A stretch of DNA of 64,000 bases. Origin: Blepharisma stoltei ATCC 30299. Its lineage: Eukaryota; Protista; Ciliophora. Below, in pieces: positions 11,009-23,002 of this stretch (positions within the stretch are counted from its first letter, which is position 1; every line of letters begins with the position of its first letter). The position numbers and the translations under genes are program-made. The notes under the pieces were generated by a model. It did not search any database. It was not told the origin of the DNA and saw only the letters and a list, made by a program, of their open reading frames with translations. The stretch is taken from assembly GCA_965603825.1 (NCBI GenBank), contig CBFDEM010000030.1, forward strand, positions 434,001 to 498,000, given 5' to 3'.

Positions 11009-12634
11009 ATGGGGAGCGAAAGTTTAATTCAATCTATCAAAAGACTCAAGCAGCTTCATTCAAGAGCAACCAAAAGACACGTCAGACTCATCACTTTGCT
11101 TGATTCAATTGAAATTGACACCGTAAAAGTAACTTTTATTCAGGAATATCCCAACAAAGTCGCCTTTGACCTCGCCTCTTTTGAGGAATTTACAAGAATT
11201 GCAAGTGACCTGTATGAGCAAGATACTGAAAATTCTGAAATTACTGAAGCAATTGAAGAGAAAATCCTGGAAATAAGCAAAATAAAACGAGTCACAAAGT
11301 CTTTGAAACAGCATCTCATACATATTAAAGAGAGACTTAAAAGAGATGGAAAAATCATCAGCACTAACGGTAAAAGAGTTACGGCAGTTGTAAAAGAATA
11401 TAGAGAAAGATGCAGGATTGGCTTTATTGATCATCTCAAAATGATGGATTTAGACCTTAGGAGAATACTAAAACCTATTGTTCCGAATAAAGTTATTGAT
11501 GAAAACGTTAATTTTCCAAAGATCAATAATAATGAAAGCTTAGTGGCTTCGCTTGAATCTTCACAAGTTTCAAAAAAACCGCCGGAGACAGTAGAAGAAG
11601 TAGAGATTCCAGAAATACAAGAAATTGACCAGACGAATGACCTGGAAATTGAAATCGAGAACGAAGAAAGTCAAATTGATAAACTAAATGCTCACATTGG
11701 CATGCTGGTTAATACTTTAGAAACGGTTGCTAAAGATTTAATACAAGTTTTAGGAGAATGCAATAGGAAATATTATGAAATTGTGAACCCTGCACAGCTA
11801 GGCTCTGGCCCTCCAACACCATTAGCTATGCCTTTGCCTGAGTATTTTACATTCGAAATGGGTGAATCTCAAGAAATAATTCCCCAAACCCCACAAACCC
11901 CTTTAGTCCAAAAGCAGACTATTCAAAAAATAAAATCAAGGCTAAATGAGTTAAAATCAAAAGGTGAACTATCAACTGCTCAATGTGACTTGTTTAAGTC
12001 AAGACTTGAAAAAATGATGAAAGAAGGCCAATACGACCTAAATAAAATTTTCCACGATACAAATATTCCAGTCACTAAACGTGAAGAAATTGTATTTAAA
12101 CTTATTAACCCAGAATTTCAAGAAGCCAACGATGTAAGCATCCATGAAATCCTAGACTCTAACAGATCAAAAGACAACCCAAATACCCAAAGAAACGTCA
12201 AAAAAATCGATAAACTGAAGCCACCAATAGTATCTGAAGTCAAAACAACTGAAAGAAAGCAAACCCATGAAGACGAAAACCAGAAAAAATTGGAGTATAC
12301 TATTGACGAAAAATTAGAAGTCCTCCACAATACTCCTGCAGATACAGAAAAAATAACACAGCAATATTATACCCCTAAGGCAGAACCAACAAAAAAACCA
12401 GACAGGTTTTACAAGCAAAGAAAGTCTTTACCAGCTTCAGACATTAAAGAGAAAAAAATTGATGGACTCGCCAAAATAAAATCCGCTTCCAAACTAGCCC
12501 ATGGAGAAAGGGTTAAGCAGGTAAGGGTCAGATCAAGCACCCCAGTGATGAATAAAAGAAAAACTTCACCTTTAGGAAAAGGAAGTATTTCTTTATCAAG
12601 AAAAAAAGGAGCTGTAAACAAGTCTATGATGTAA
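11009..12634 (+). CDS. Hypothetical coiled-coil protein
   Basis: 541-aa uninterrupted ORF with a basic C-terminus. Confidence 0.75.
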   Translation: MGSESLIQSIKRLKQLHSRATKRHVRLITLLDSIEIDTVKVTFIQEYPNKVAFDLASFEEFTRIASDLYEQDTENSEITEAIEEKILEISKIKRVTKSLKQHLIHIKERLKRDGKIISTNGKRVTAVVKEYRERCRIGFIDHLKMMDLDLRRILKPIVPNKVIDENVNFPKINNNESLVASLESSQVSKKPPETVEEVEIPEIQEIDQTNDLEIEIENEESQIDKLNAHIGMLVNTLETVAKDLIQVLGECNRKYYEIVNPAQLGSGPPTPLAMPLPEYFTFEMGESQEIIPQTPQTPLVQKQTIQKIKSRLNELKSKGELSTAQCDLFKSRLEKMMKEGQYDLNKIFHDTNIPVTKREEIVFKLINPEFQEANDVSIHEILDSNRSKDNPNTQRNVKKIDKLKPPIVSEVKTTERKQTHEDENQKKLEYTIDEKLEVLHNTPADTEKITQQYYTPKAEPTKKPDRFYKQRKSLPASDIKEKKIDGLAKIKSASKLAHGERVKQVRVRSSTPVMNKRKTSPLGKGSISLSRKKGAVNKSMM

Positions 12635-12771
12635 TGAATTCTTGACATAATTCACATTATATCATATTTTTTGAAATAATTATTTCTATGACAAAATAGT
12701 TTTTAAATTGATTTTTAAATTGGCAAAAAAAAGATTTCTGTCACTGATTTTTCAATTGGTTATAAAAATTA

Positions 12772-15700
12772 ATGCAAGGTCACGTTGATGAAATAGAATA
12801 TTTAAAAAATCACGGCGACGAAGAAGAAAACGAAGAAGCCAGTGGGGACTCGAAGGATCAAATTTTAAAGCTACTCAAATCCAGGCTTTTTTCGCTTTTC
12901 TTCAGACTGAACACCTTGAAGGTTGCCATCCCTATTCATTATCACATGGTAATGATAGCGATTGAAGGTCTACAGCTTCTGACACTTGTACTAAATGATG
13001 GCAGCTATAATAAGCTTGGACCGTATGATAGCGATAGTCCTTGAAATTTATCCCAAACCCAATGACTAATTGATGTTTGCTGGGTTTTCAGAGTTGACCG
13101 ATATTTGCGAGGCAGCTCCACAGGCTTCATGGTTTTGCTTGGGATATGAGGATTTTTACTGGCGTCTCTGGTAGGGATCGGTGTCTTTATCGCTATTGAA
13201 AATAAAAATTATTCCTCAATTATGAGCTTTTTATTGAAAATTCTTAAAGCTCTGATAACTCTACTGACGAACTTGTTATTTATCCCTATAATAGACACAT
13301 TGGCGTTTGCTATAAGATGCTCGCTAGCAACTGATGATCACTGCTTAGACTTGCAAGTTGGGTATCAGTTTATGATGATCTATGTCGCTGCAAGTGTCGT
13401 CTATTTCGGAGTCATTATTCTCTGCTCCATGCTTTATTTTGATTTTTGCCAAATTTGTGGAGGCTTCATGGCAAAGCCACACTGTAGACTAAAACTATTA
13501 AAATTGAGCTCTTATGTCGGATTGATTTTTTCATACTATTTTATTACAACAGCTGGAAAAGTCATTTTGTTTTTAATTGTTTGTTTGGTTATTGGGCTTA
13601 TCATAAGCTACGCTATGATTCAGTATGTACCCTACTACAACCTTCGTATGTGCCATATCCGCTTAGGCGCAATTGTTTCGTTTACTTCAGCTGTTTTTTG
13701 TATGATAATTGGAGAGTTCTTCAAAAGTACAGACCAAACGAACTCTTCAGTCACTATGCTTTTTTACTTCCTTACCCCTTGTTTAATACAAATTACCCAG
13801 CTTGCAATGAACAAAAGGTGCAAAAATTTAGCTGAGAAAAAAATCCAGCAATTAACAAATCCTTATCAGGTAGAAATCAAGGTAAGAATGCTTGTGCTGA
13901 AGCTAGAGGAAGCGAAAAGTAAATATGCGAAATCTATTTATGGAGCTAGTAATGAAGAAGAAAATGAGGAACTTAAAGCGCTGCAGGCTGAAACTTTTAC
14001 TGAGATTGAAACTGTATATAACGAAGCGTTCAAAAAATTCCCGAATGCGGAATTTTTATATTTGTGGTCAGGGCTGATTCAATTGCATATTTTTGAAAAT
14101 TATATTTTATCTATGGTCCAATGCTTCAAAGGGACTATGATTGCCAGCAAATTAGACTCCCAATATATGCTTTACCACTTCAGAAAAACCTCAGAAAGCT
14201 TCTATAAAGCTCATATGAAAGATGATGCTTATGACTATGAATTATTCGAAAAAGCTTTCCAAAACGCGCAGAAAAATGATGAGTCAGTGACAAGATCCCA
14301 ATTTTATTTCTGGGCTGAATTAGAGTCCAAAGCACCAAAAATCCAGAAATTAAGTAAATTAGCGGGAGAAACTGCAAAAATGATTATTGTTGCTAAAGGA
14401 AACTACCAAAAATTGCTGAAGCTGAACTCAAAGAATACTCAGGCACTAAGAATGTATGGCTGGTTTTTAAGCAGCTTGAACAATTTTTCAGAAATGGGGC
14501 AAAGATACTTGAACAAAGCTGAAATGCAAGAAGAAGCTCAGCAGAAAAACCTCAACGCAAACGTCATGAGCAGCTTAAACCAGCCCCTATCATTTTTTGA
14601 TGCTGATAATGCAATTATTAGAGTTTCTGGTGACTTTGAAACTTTAGGTGAAATTCAAAAGGCAAATGCATCAGCTTGTCAGCTTTTAGGATATTTATCA
14701 GCTGAACTAATTGGGCGTAATGTTTCTTTAATAATTCCATCACCATTTTCAGAGTCTCATGATGAATATATTAAAAAATTCCACGAATCAGGAAATTACT
14801 CAATTATAGATAACCAACATCTTATCTTATATTTCGCAAACAAAAACAACAACATTTTTGAAGGAAGACTACTAGTGAAAGTTGTACCTAATGATGGACA
14901 GCCTCCTTTCTTATCAGCAATCATCAAGCCCACAAATCCAAAATACGAAATAGTTATCATGAATAAGGACTGGGTAATAACTGGCTACAGCCAACATTGT
15001 TCCGAAATTTTTGACTTAGGCAATACTAAAAACTCTGAACAAAAAATTTACAATATCATCACAAAATTCGAAGACAACAAAGAAGCAATGATGAGTGAAG
15101 ACGGCTACGACTACACCCACGAGCACGAAAAAACTGTAAATAACCTCAAATTGCGTTTAAGCGAGCTTAAGATTGGTGAACAGTCTGCCCATCTCCTCAA
15201 AGTCGAAGTTGTAGACAAGCAAGAAACTAAAAAAGGAGACTACACCCGCCAAGACGACAAAGACAGCAAAGCTGTAAGCACAGTTCTCCCACCTTCTAAT
15301 ATTTTTAACCAAAAATCAGACCCACTAAACCATATGGACATAAATCTGGAACTAGACTCTACTGACTCTAACACCCAACAAAAAAGCAAATCTATTAGAT
15401 CACCTCCACCAGGAGCAGGTGGCCCCTCAGAAACCAGTGAAAGCCAAGAAATTTCAGGTTCAAGCGAAGAAGAAAGCAGTGAAGAAGAGTCAGGCGAAGA
15501 AGACAGTAGTGCTGAAGAAATTTCAGGGAGCGAGTCTGACTTAGAAGCTACAAAAGTTGTAGGGATGCATGGAATTGCAGATGAGCTTGATAGCTTAAAA
15601 GGGAAGAAGTTTGCAGGATTGAATGCACCAGATGAAGAAGAAAAAAAATCCTATGAGAAGAAGCAGCTTGGAGAGAGCAAGCCGCCTTCGAAAGACCAAA

Positions 15701-17961
15701 TTAATATTGGATCTAAAGGGTCTGCTTCTAAGAGCTCAGTGTCAAAATCATCTAATTCTAAAAGTGAGGAGTCTGAAGAAAGCCAAAGTAAAAGCCAAGA
15801 CAGTAAATCATCAGACGAAAGCGGAAAAAATTCTTACAGTAAATCAGGCTCTGAAGAAGGAGAAGAAAACGGAGAAGAAGAGGAGGAAGAGGAAGAAGAA
15901 GAATCAGAAAAGTCTTCAAGTGAAAACGATGAAGAGCATAGTGAAGAATACAGCCACACTGACCCTAAAGAAGAAGATCACAGTGGAATTGATGGACAAA
16001 GCGCTCATAGCTCTTCAAAGAGTATGAACTCTTCTATGGCTTCCCTTGCTCAGTTCAATAAATCAATCAAAGCTCTCGTTGCATATGAATTTAGCCGAAC
16101 CAGAAAATACGTCCTCAGATTTAAATTGACCTTGATCTTGACCATTATCGTCCTTATCGTCACTTCTGTCATGACTTTCCAGATCATTACCAATTCAGTT
16201 GACTTCAATGAAAAATTGTCACACTACGTCAATTTAGTAGGACTACTGAGAATGTATACACAAAGTATCGCGTATTATACAAGAATTATTTCATTGATGG
16301 ATTTTGGATATGTACCAAATGCTGACAGAGATCTATTTTTCCAATGGTTAGCCAATGATACTACTGATATGCATAATACGAATTTAGTTATGTATACAAA
16401 ATATGGACTTCTGAGTGATGCAGATCAGGTGGTCTACACAAATGAAGAAATTTCAACTTGGCTGCTGGAAGGGAAAACTGTCAGAGAAATCCAAAGCAAT
16501 TTATTTGATGCCACTTCTAATTTTATTCTGCAGGCTTATCTCTTAAATGTTGAGTATAATAGCACGCTAGTCAACTTAACTAACAGAAGAGCCTTTTATT
16601 TGTATAGAAATGGAAATGGTGAGACGTTACAATATATCAATAATTCAGCTATTTATTATGTAGATGCTGCCTTAAGTGATTTGGACTCTGAAAGAATCGT
16701 AGCAATCATGCTCATTTTAGTATCAGTTATTCTTCTCTGCTTCTGTGCTGGCTTCGCTGTAATTCCTGCTATAAGAGTTCTGGAAAAATCCAAAAAAGAA
16801 ATTTGGGAAATTTTCTTTGAAATTCCTGGCTATGTTTGTAGAGTTATGAAGGCAAAATGCTCTGATAGACTTACAATCCTAAATGAACAAGCCAATATGG
16901 AGCTTGAAGAACTTAATGGAGATGACCAAAAAGATGATGAAGAAAAAGCTAAAGATGAAGGCAAAAGAAATGATAGCAAGGCTAGCAAAGGAGATAGAAA
17001 TGGAGATAAGTCAAAGAAAAAGAAAAATGTAGTCGAACAAAAACGTGTGTTAGCTTATGATCCAAAACAAAGAAAAATTATTGTGATTAAGCTGGCTTGT
17101 TTCTTTATTATTAGTGTTGTGTATTTTTATTTGATTTATTATACAGGATTTGAATCCGTAGGCACAATTCTTCAGGAAGAACCGCCACACGTGAACTGGG
17201 CAAGTAGAAGAAGGCAGCTGTCAAGGACTATTAATATGTGGGTGACTGAAACATTGTTTGAAAATATAAGTGCGGTGGGCTATAAATATGTTGTGCCGAT
17301 GGGACAGGATGTTGGAACAGGCTATACAGTTGCTCAAATAGCACTTGATGAGCTGGATTATGTTGAAAATTCATTGATTTTCGGAAACGGTGATGAAGGA
17401 TTAAGCTCAACCGACTCCAGAAGCTCTAAGCATGACAGCATCTTATTCGATAACGCATGTGCAGCTCCTTTGATGAGAAATTTGGAAGATTGTACAACTG
17501 CAGGAGATGGCTGCATGATGCAAGGCCTCCATAGTGCCTTAGGGACTTATACAACCCTAGGCAGAACTTTACTATTGCAAATAGAAAATTTGAAATATAT
17601 CAACAATTATACCTTAACTGGAGTCCAAGGGATTTGGAACGGCAACGATATGACCTTATTTAGAAATCTTGACAATCACTATCTCTACGATCCATTAGCT
17701 TATTCCTCAGACTTATACGAATCTGACTATAAAGATCAACAGGAGCAAATGACTGTCTGGCAAAACTTGCTAATGGCTCTTTATTCAGTCTTTTCACTAT
17801 TGTTCTTCTTCTTCGTCTATAACCCTATGATACATAAAATCGGGCAGGACACGAAAAATGCTTGGAGTATGTGCACATTGATTCCTCAAGAGTACCAAGA
17901 AGACTTCAAGAAACTTAGTGCCGCCATTAAGGAAAGGAGAGATAACTTTAAATGGAGATAA
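12772..17961 (+). CDS. TmcB/TmcC-like multi-TM protein with TPR-like and PAS domains, about 1729 aa
   Basis: ORFs 12772 and 13222 join across TGA 13042, 13063 and 13147. N-terminal TM block; PAS motif ANASACQLLGY...ELIGRNVSLIIPSPFSESHD; acidic Ser-rich linker; C-terminal TM block. Confidence 0.85.
15420..15990 (+). repeat. Low-complexity Ser/Glu-rich coding tract
   Basis: SSEEESSEEESGEE and EEEEEEEEE runs encoded by gaa/gag repeats. Confidence 0.7.
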
Positions 17962-18041
17962 GAATATTTTATTGATTATAGATTACATGCTTCTCTAGAA
18001 ATAAGCCTTTTATTAATCAATATAACGTTAAAGATTAACAG

Positions 18042-20525
18042 CTATTTTTTCTTTTCTTTTCCATTGAGTTTTTGTTTCAGCTTGTGCAACTCTAATTCAA
18101 GCTCATTGTTTTGGTTAAGAGTTATCCCAAATCTTTCATTGACTTTATAAAGCTCAACTTCCATAGCTGTAAACTGTGAGGAGTATTCTCTTAACTGCTC
18201 CTGAGCTTCTCTGTATTTTTGTAAAATTGTCTCTTTCTCTATATCAGCATTGGCCCAGCTTAATTTCATATCAAGATGCTTTTTCTCCAAGCCTTTGTGC
18301 TCTTCTTCAAGCTGGCTTAGTTTAGCTTTTAAGCTGTTATTTTCTAGCTGCACTAATTGCAAGCTTTGCTTACAATTTTCTTCCATTATTTTAAGCTCTA
18401 AACTGCTAGTGTTTTTCTCTTCTTTAACTGGGCCTTTATTACTCTCTACTTGTTGAGTTAAAATCTGGTTCTGTACAATTATTTTGCTTATTTGGTTTTC
18501 GAATTTTTCTGTATCAGCTTTTTTGCCGATTTCTAATATTTCGATTTCTTTTTCAAGGACCTCAATAGTCCCTTGCAGCTCATTTTTTTCTTTATTAAAT
18601 GCTAACTCTTGACTCTGCAGTCTTTTTTCAAGCTCATTAATTTGCTCTTGCAAAATAATATTTGCAGGATCAGAAAACTCAGTAATCGTAGCTCTTTTTA
18701 TCTGTTCTCTCAAAGTATAATTTTCATTTTCTATAACTTCTTTATTCGAGTATATTTCTGCAAGCTCTTTTTCTTTGTCTTTAAGCGACGCTTTAAGCTT
18801 TTCTATGATTTTATCTTTATTAGCCAGCTGCTCAGCTAAATTTTGCATTCCTGCATTTTCAGTTTCTGTGATTTTTATTTTTAATTTTCCTTGATACTCA
18901 TATAGCATTTGTTCAAGTTCTTCTTTTTTGGCTTTCATTTCTTGGAAATTGCTTGTCATTCTTTTTAGCTTTAGATCAGCGTCGTTGCTCATCATAGTTG
19001 TTCTTCTTTCCATCAGTTTTTTATTCTGGCCTTCTTCCTCAAGCTTATCAACAAGTGTTATATTTTCATCTTTTAATTTTTGAATTTCGTTTTCAAGCTC
19101 ATGAATTTGTTCTCTATGCCTTTCTTCAATTGTTAGTTTTTCTGTTTTGCTGCCTTGGAGTTGATAAGCGAGCTCAGACTGTTTTGATAGGGCGTCTTCT
19201 TTTTCTTGCTCCATAGATTTCAGCTGCCTTTTGAGATCGTTTATGTAAAGCTCTGTATTTTTTTTATAGTTTGCAAAAACGTTTTCCTCATTTCCTCTTG
19301 AACTCATATTGTCACGAGTTTCTGCTATAGCTTGTCTGAGATGCAAAATGTCTGCTTTTTGCTGCTCTATTATTTCTTTTAAATTTTCATTGCTGGTACG
19401 TAAGCTAGTAATTTCGTATTTAGCTAGGTCTAGCTGTTTTTGCAATTTAAGACTGTTATCTTGTGATTCTTTTAAGCACTCCTTTAAGCTTGAAAATTCG
19501 CTTTTTAATTTTTCTTTATTATCTGTGCTTTCAACACTTCTTCTTTCAATTTCCTTTAAATCTGCTAATAAATTTTGGTTAGTTGCTTTCAAATTTAATA
19601 TTTTTTCGTCTCTTCTTGCAATTTTCCTATTAAATTTTTCATTTTTTGATTTTAATGATTCTAGCTCTGCATCTAGCCCTTTGATATGCTCAATTAAATT
19701 TTCTCTCTCTTTTATAGCTTTTTCTGATACAATGCCTAGCTGGATTTTTAGCTCATCTTTTTCATTCCTAATGCTGGTGTTTTCTTTTTCTAATATAGAG
19801 TTTTTGGCTTTAAGTTCTGTGATTTTTAAGCTGTCTTCTTCTGATTTTTCGTTTTCAACTCTGATTTTATAGGTTGGCAAAGCTTCTGGCAGCTTAAGCC
19901 CTTGCGATTTCATTAAAGGTGGCTTTCCATGGCTTCCTGGAATAATTTTAGGGGCGAGTGCTTCTTGTTCTTCAGCAACATCGTCTTCTGAAAACAGCTG
20001 TCCTTTATAATCACCTTCAGTTCCCATACTAATCCCTGAAAACCCTGAAGCTTCACTTGCATTATCTGTAAATGCTGAGTCTCCTAAAGGCTGAGCTTTT
20101 ATTGAAATACAAATTTTTGAGCTTCTGTCTGGGCATGATTCTAAAGTAAAATAATGATGGTCTAAAGGCGTATTATGAAATTCAGAAATATTAAGCTCTA
20201 AGGATCCAACCTTTTTCATACCATTATCTCCAATAATGGCTTGGACTGATAGAACAGCTTTTTTATTTTTAAATCTGCCAGATTTCTCTTGATAAAGAGT
20301 GTTTATCATTGTCAGCGTTTCCTCGATTTCGACTGTTCCAGATGCAGGAGAGAGAGCGTGCTTGTTTTTGGTTTCAGCACGTTTTTTCCCTAATTATTGT
20401 TTACTTCGCTTTCAAACTATGTTGATGCGGACTGGCTGAGTGAGGTGAAGCTGCAGAGAGTGGATGGTGATATCAAAGGAAAACGCTTGCTTGGTCGTGC
20501 CTATTCTTCCTAAAAGCTTAGACAT
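18042..20525 (-). CDS. NT-C2 (EEIG1/EHBP1-type) domain plus long coiled coil, about 822 aa
   Basis: FSFDITIHSL...IV[W]KR...VGSLELNISEF. TGA at 20412-20414; intron 20390-20404; ATG at 20525. Confidence 0.85.
20390..20404 (-). other. 15-nt intron
   Basis: gtaaacaataattag on the minus strand; contains in-frame TAA. Confidence 0.88.
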
Positions 20526-20675
20526 TTCAAATAAAATTTTAATTACTACATAATACAGAGATAGGACAGAAAAATTTGCGATCGAAAATTTATTTTTTTA
20601 ATGATAAATTGTGATAATTCTTGTGAGATTTTAATTTTTAGTATTTAAAACTGAAATTATTTAGTATATTGGCAA

Positions 20676-22961
20676 TTATTCAACAATAGATGTGATGAAA
20701 TTAATGAACCTGCTCGCATAAGCTGACGGTGGGACACAAGAAATTTGGTCCGCTCCATATAGCCCACCTTTGATCATATGTTCAAGTTTCTTTCTAGCAC
20801 TATAAAATGTTAGAATATCAATAATTCCAAGAAAATATAGTTCTTGCCTATCAAATGAAACAGTTCCCCCATTATCTTTTTCCACAAGCGGTGCATTTTC
20901 TGTCCTAGGTATAGTTTCATCCCTTAAATGGTGAATTCCTACCAGTAAGCTATAGTCTATTATTTCCATATGCTCAAAAAATTCACAGTCAAGGGTGACC
21001 TGCCTCAAAAACTCTTCTCTCATCATAGACCCTAGCTTGATTTTCATCTGAGACCTCGTAAAATCCAAATCTTTTCTAGCAACTGTATAGTCTTCTTCAG
21101 GATTCGTTTCTCTTCCATAAGTCGATCCTTTTAAGTCATATCTCATATGAACTTCGTATCCACTGTAAAATACATTTGCCATGACAATGAAATATCTTTT
21201 AACGAACTGTTTTCTGTTTTTATACATTATTTTGTGAAATCCAAAAAAACGAGGAATAAGAGTGTTGGGGTTGTCTATAAGATGTCGATAATAATCTGGG
21301 AGGATTTTTTTTAGAAATACGTATTCTTCCCGAGTCATGGTTTTAAGGACATATTTTCCATCATCACTAAAATAGAAAAAGCTGCCGCTTTTTCCTGTCG
21401 ACATTAAGCCTATGAGTGAAGAAAATTCACTTTTTAAGAGGCTGCTCATGATTTTTTCAACACCTAATGATTTTATATAAGCATGAGCTTCCAGTCCATA
21501 AAATTTCCTGATTCTGTCAAAAATCAATGGGGCGTAGTCTCTAAATCTGCAAATGCTTCTTTGGGCATTAAGCTGACCAGGCAGCAAAGAATGCTTTCTA
21601 ACTTCTTTGAAATCATCGTTTGTTGGAGGCCCTTCAGCTGTTGGGATTGTAGCTGCTGCTTTTACAGTTTTTTGGATCCCTAACATCATATTCAAAATTA
21701 AATTCCAATCCTCATCACCCCATTGAACAAAAGTATTTTTCCTTTCAAGAATTGGCTTAGGCACATTGGTTCTTGCACTTGATTTTTTCCTTATTCATGG
21801 TGACTTATCCTGAGCATTTTCTTCGACATCAACTCTTAAAGATTTCATTTTCTCTGAAAGGTCTCTTAGCATAGATAGCACAGCATTTTTGCCTGAATAT
21901 TCAGGCTCTATATCCTCCTCTGCCTCTTTTTCTTCCTCTTCTTCCTTTTTGACTTTTTCTTCTTCACTTAATTTGCGCATTCCCACCTTAAAGTTTTCTT
22001 TATCTCCTAAAAGCTGGCAATCTGATATAAAATGGGCATCATCCATGGTTTCATCAGCTAAAGAAAGCATGCTTTCTAAGTCAACTTCATCAATATCAAT
22101 AGGTATTTCTGAAGTCCTGATATAGCTTGGCTCTTCCTCTTCTCTTTCTATAGGTAGCGGAGGCTCTGAAGCTTTAAAAGACTGCCCACCCAATGACGGC
22201 AACGAAAGAGGTGATATTTGTGGAAATGGTGGAGGCTTCACCTGCGCTGCTGGCTCTTGTTCAACTTTATTTCCAAGTAGCAGCTCAATGCAGCTTGCTA
22301 ATTGTTTTTCAACCGTTTCAAGTCTTTGTACAAATGGGTTTTTTTCTTGTATTTCTGGAACGACCTCTTCATTAAACTTCTCAGCTACCCCTCGATTCAC
22401 AAAGTCAAACCACTCAAAAAGTTCTTTATTATTTTTCATGCTGAGCTTGTATTCTTCAAAATCAATAACCCCATCTTTCTTAAAGTCAAGTAAATCGAAG
22501 TATTTTCTGATCCCATCCTCACTAGCATTTACCTCACTCCCAGTAAGGGCATTGTACATTTTTCAAACACTGATGAGCCAAGAGGCAAAATCGTCATATG
22601 TGATTTCGTCACGGTCCCGCTTTTTTACAAGTTTAAAAGACTGATAAGCTTTTTCATCTGGAGTGCCATGCATAAGGACATCCATATAATCAAGGAATTC
22701 TTCAAAGGTGACGCGGCCTGTGTTCTTTTTGTCCATCACCTTAAAGATACGGTCAGCAATCATCCTTGTAGACTGCAAGCCTAAAAGGCCCATGTTTTCT
22801 CGAAAAGCTTGGATTGTAAAGGAGTCGCCTTGGGCCATTCTGTTAAACCTTTGCTCATTTAACTGCAATTCTTGATTAGAAAGCCTGTATTTTTGAGAAA
22901 GTAAGTAAATATCAGCCTTTTTAAACATAGGAAGCTTTTTCTTCTTTGTGCAGCATAGCAT
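20676..22961 (-). CDS. EF-hand (NCS-like) phosphatidylinositol-4-phosphate 5-kinase, about 761 aa
   Basis: EF hands DKKNTGRVTFEE and DFKKDGVIDFEE; PIPK motifs GKSGSFFY, YDLKGS, IDYSLLVG, GIIDIL. Joined across TGA 22563 and 21795. Confidence 0.92.
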
Positions 22962-23002
22962 TTTATTATAAATAAGTTATAAATTTTAATCGTTTTAAAT
23001 AA

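Noticed and set aside
18250-19872. Antisense Ser/Phe/Leu-rich ORFs, also opposite the RCC1, HECT, PKG and LRR genes
   Set aside because: These are shadows of Glu/Lys-rich coding sequence on the other strand.
21678-21685. CCCTAACA heterotrich telomere-like unit
   Set aside because: Single copy inside the PIP5K CDS; no tandem array.
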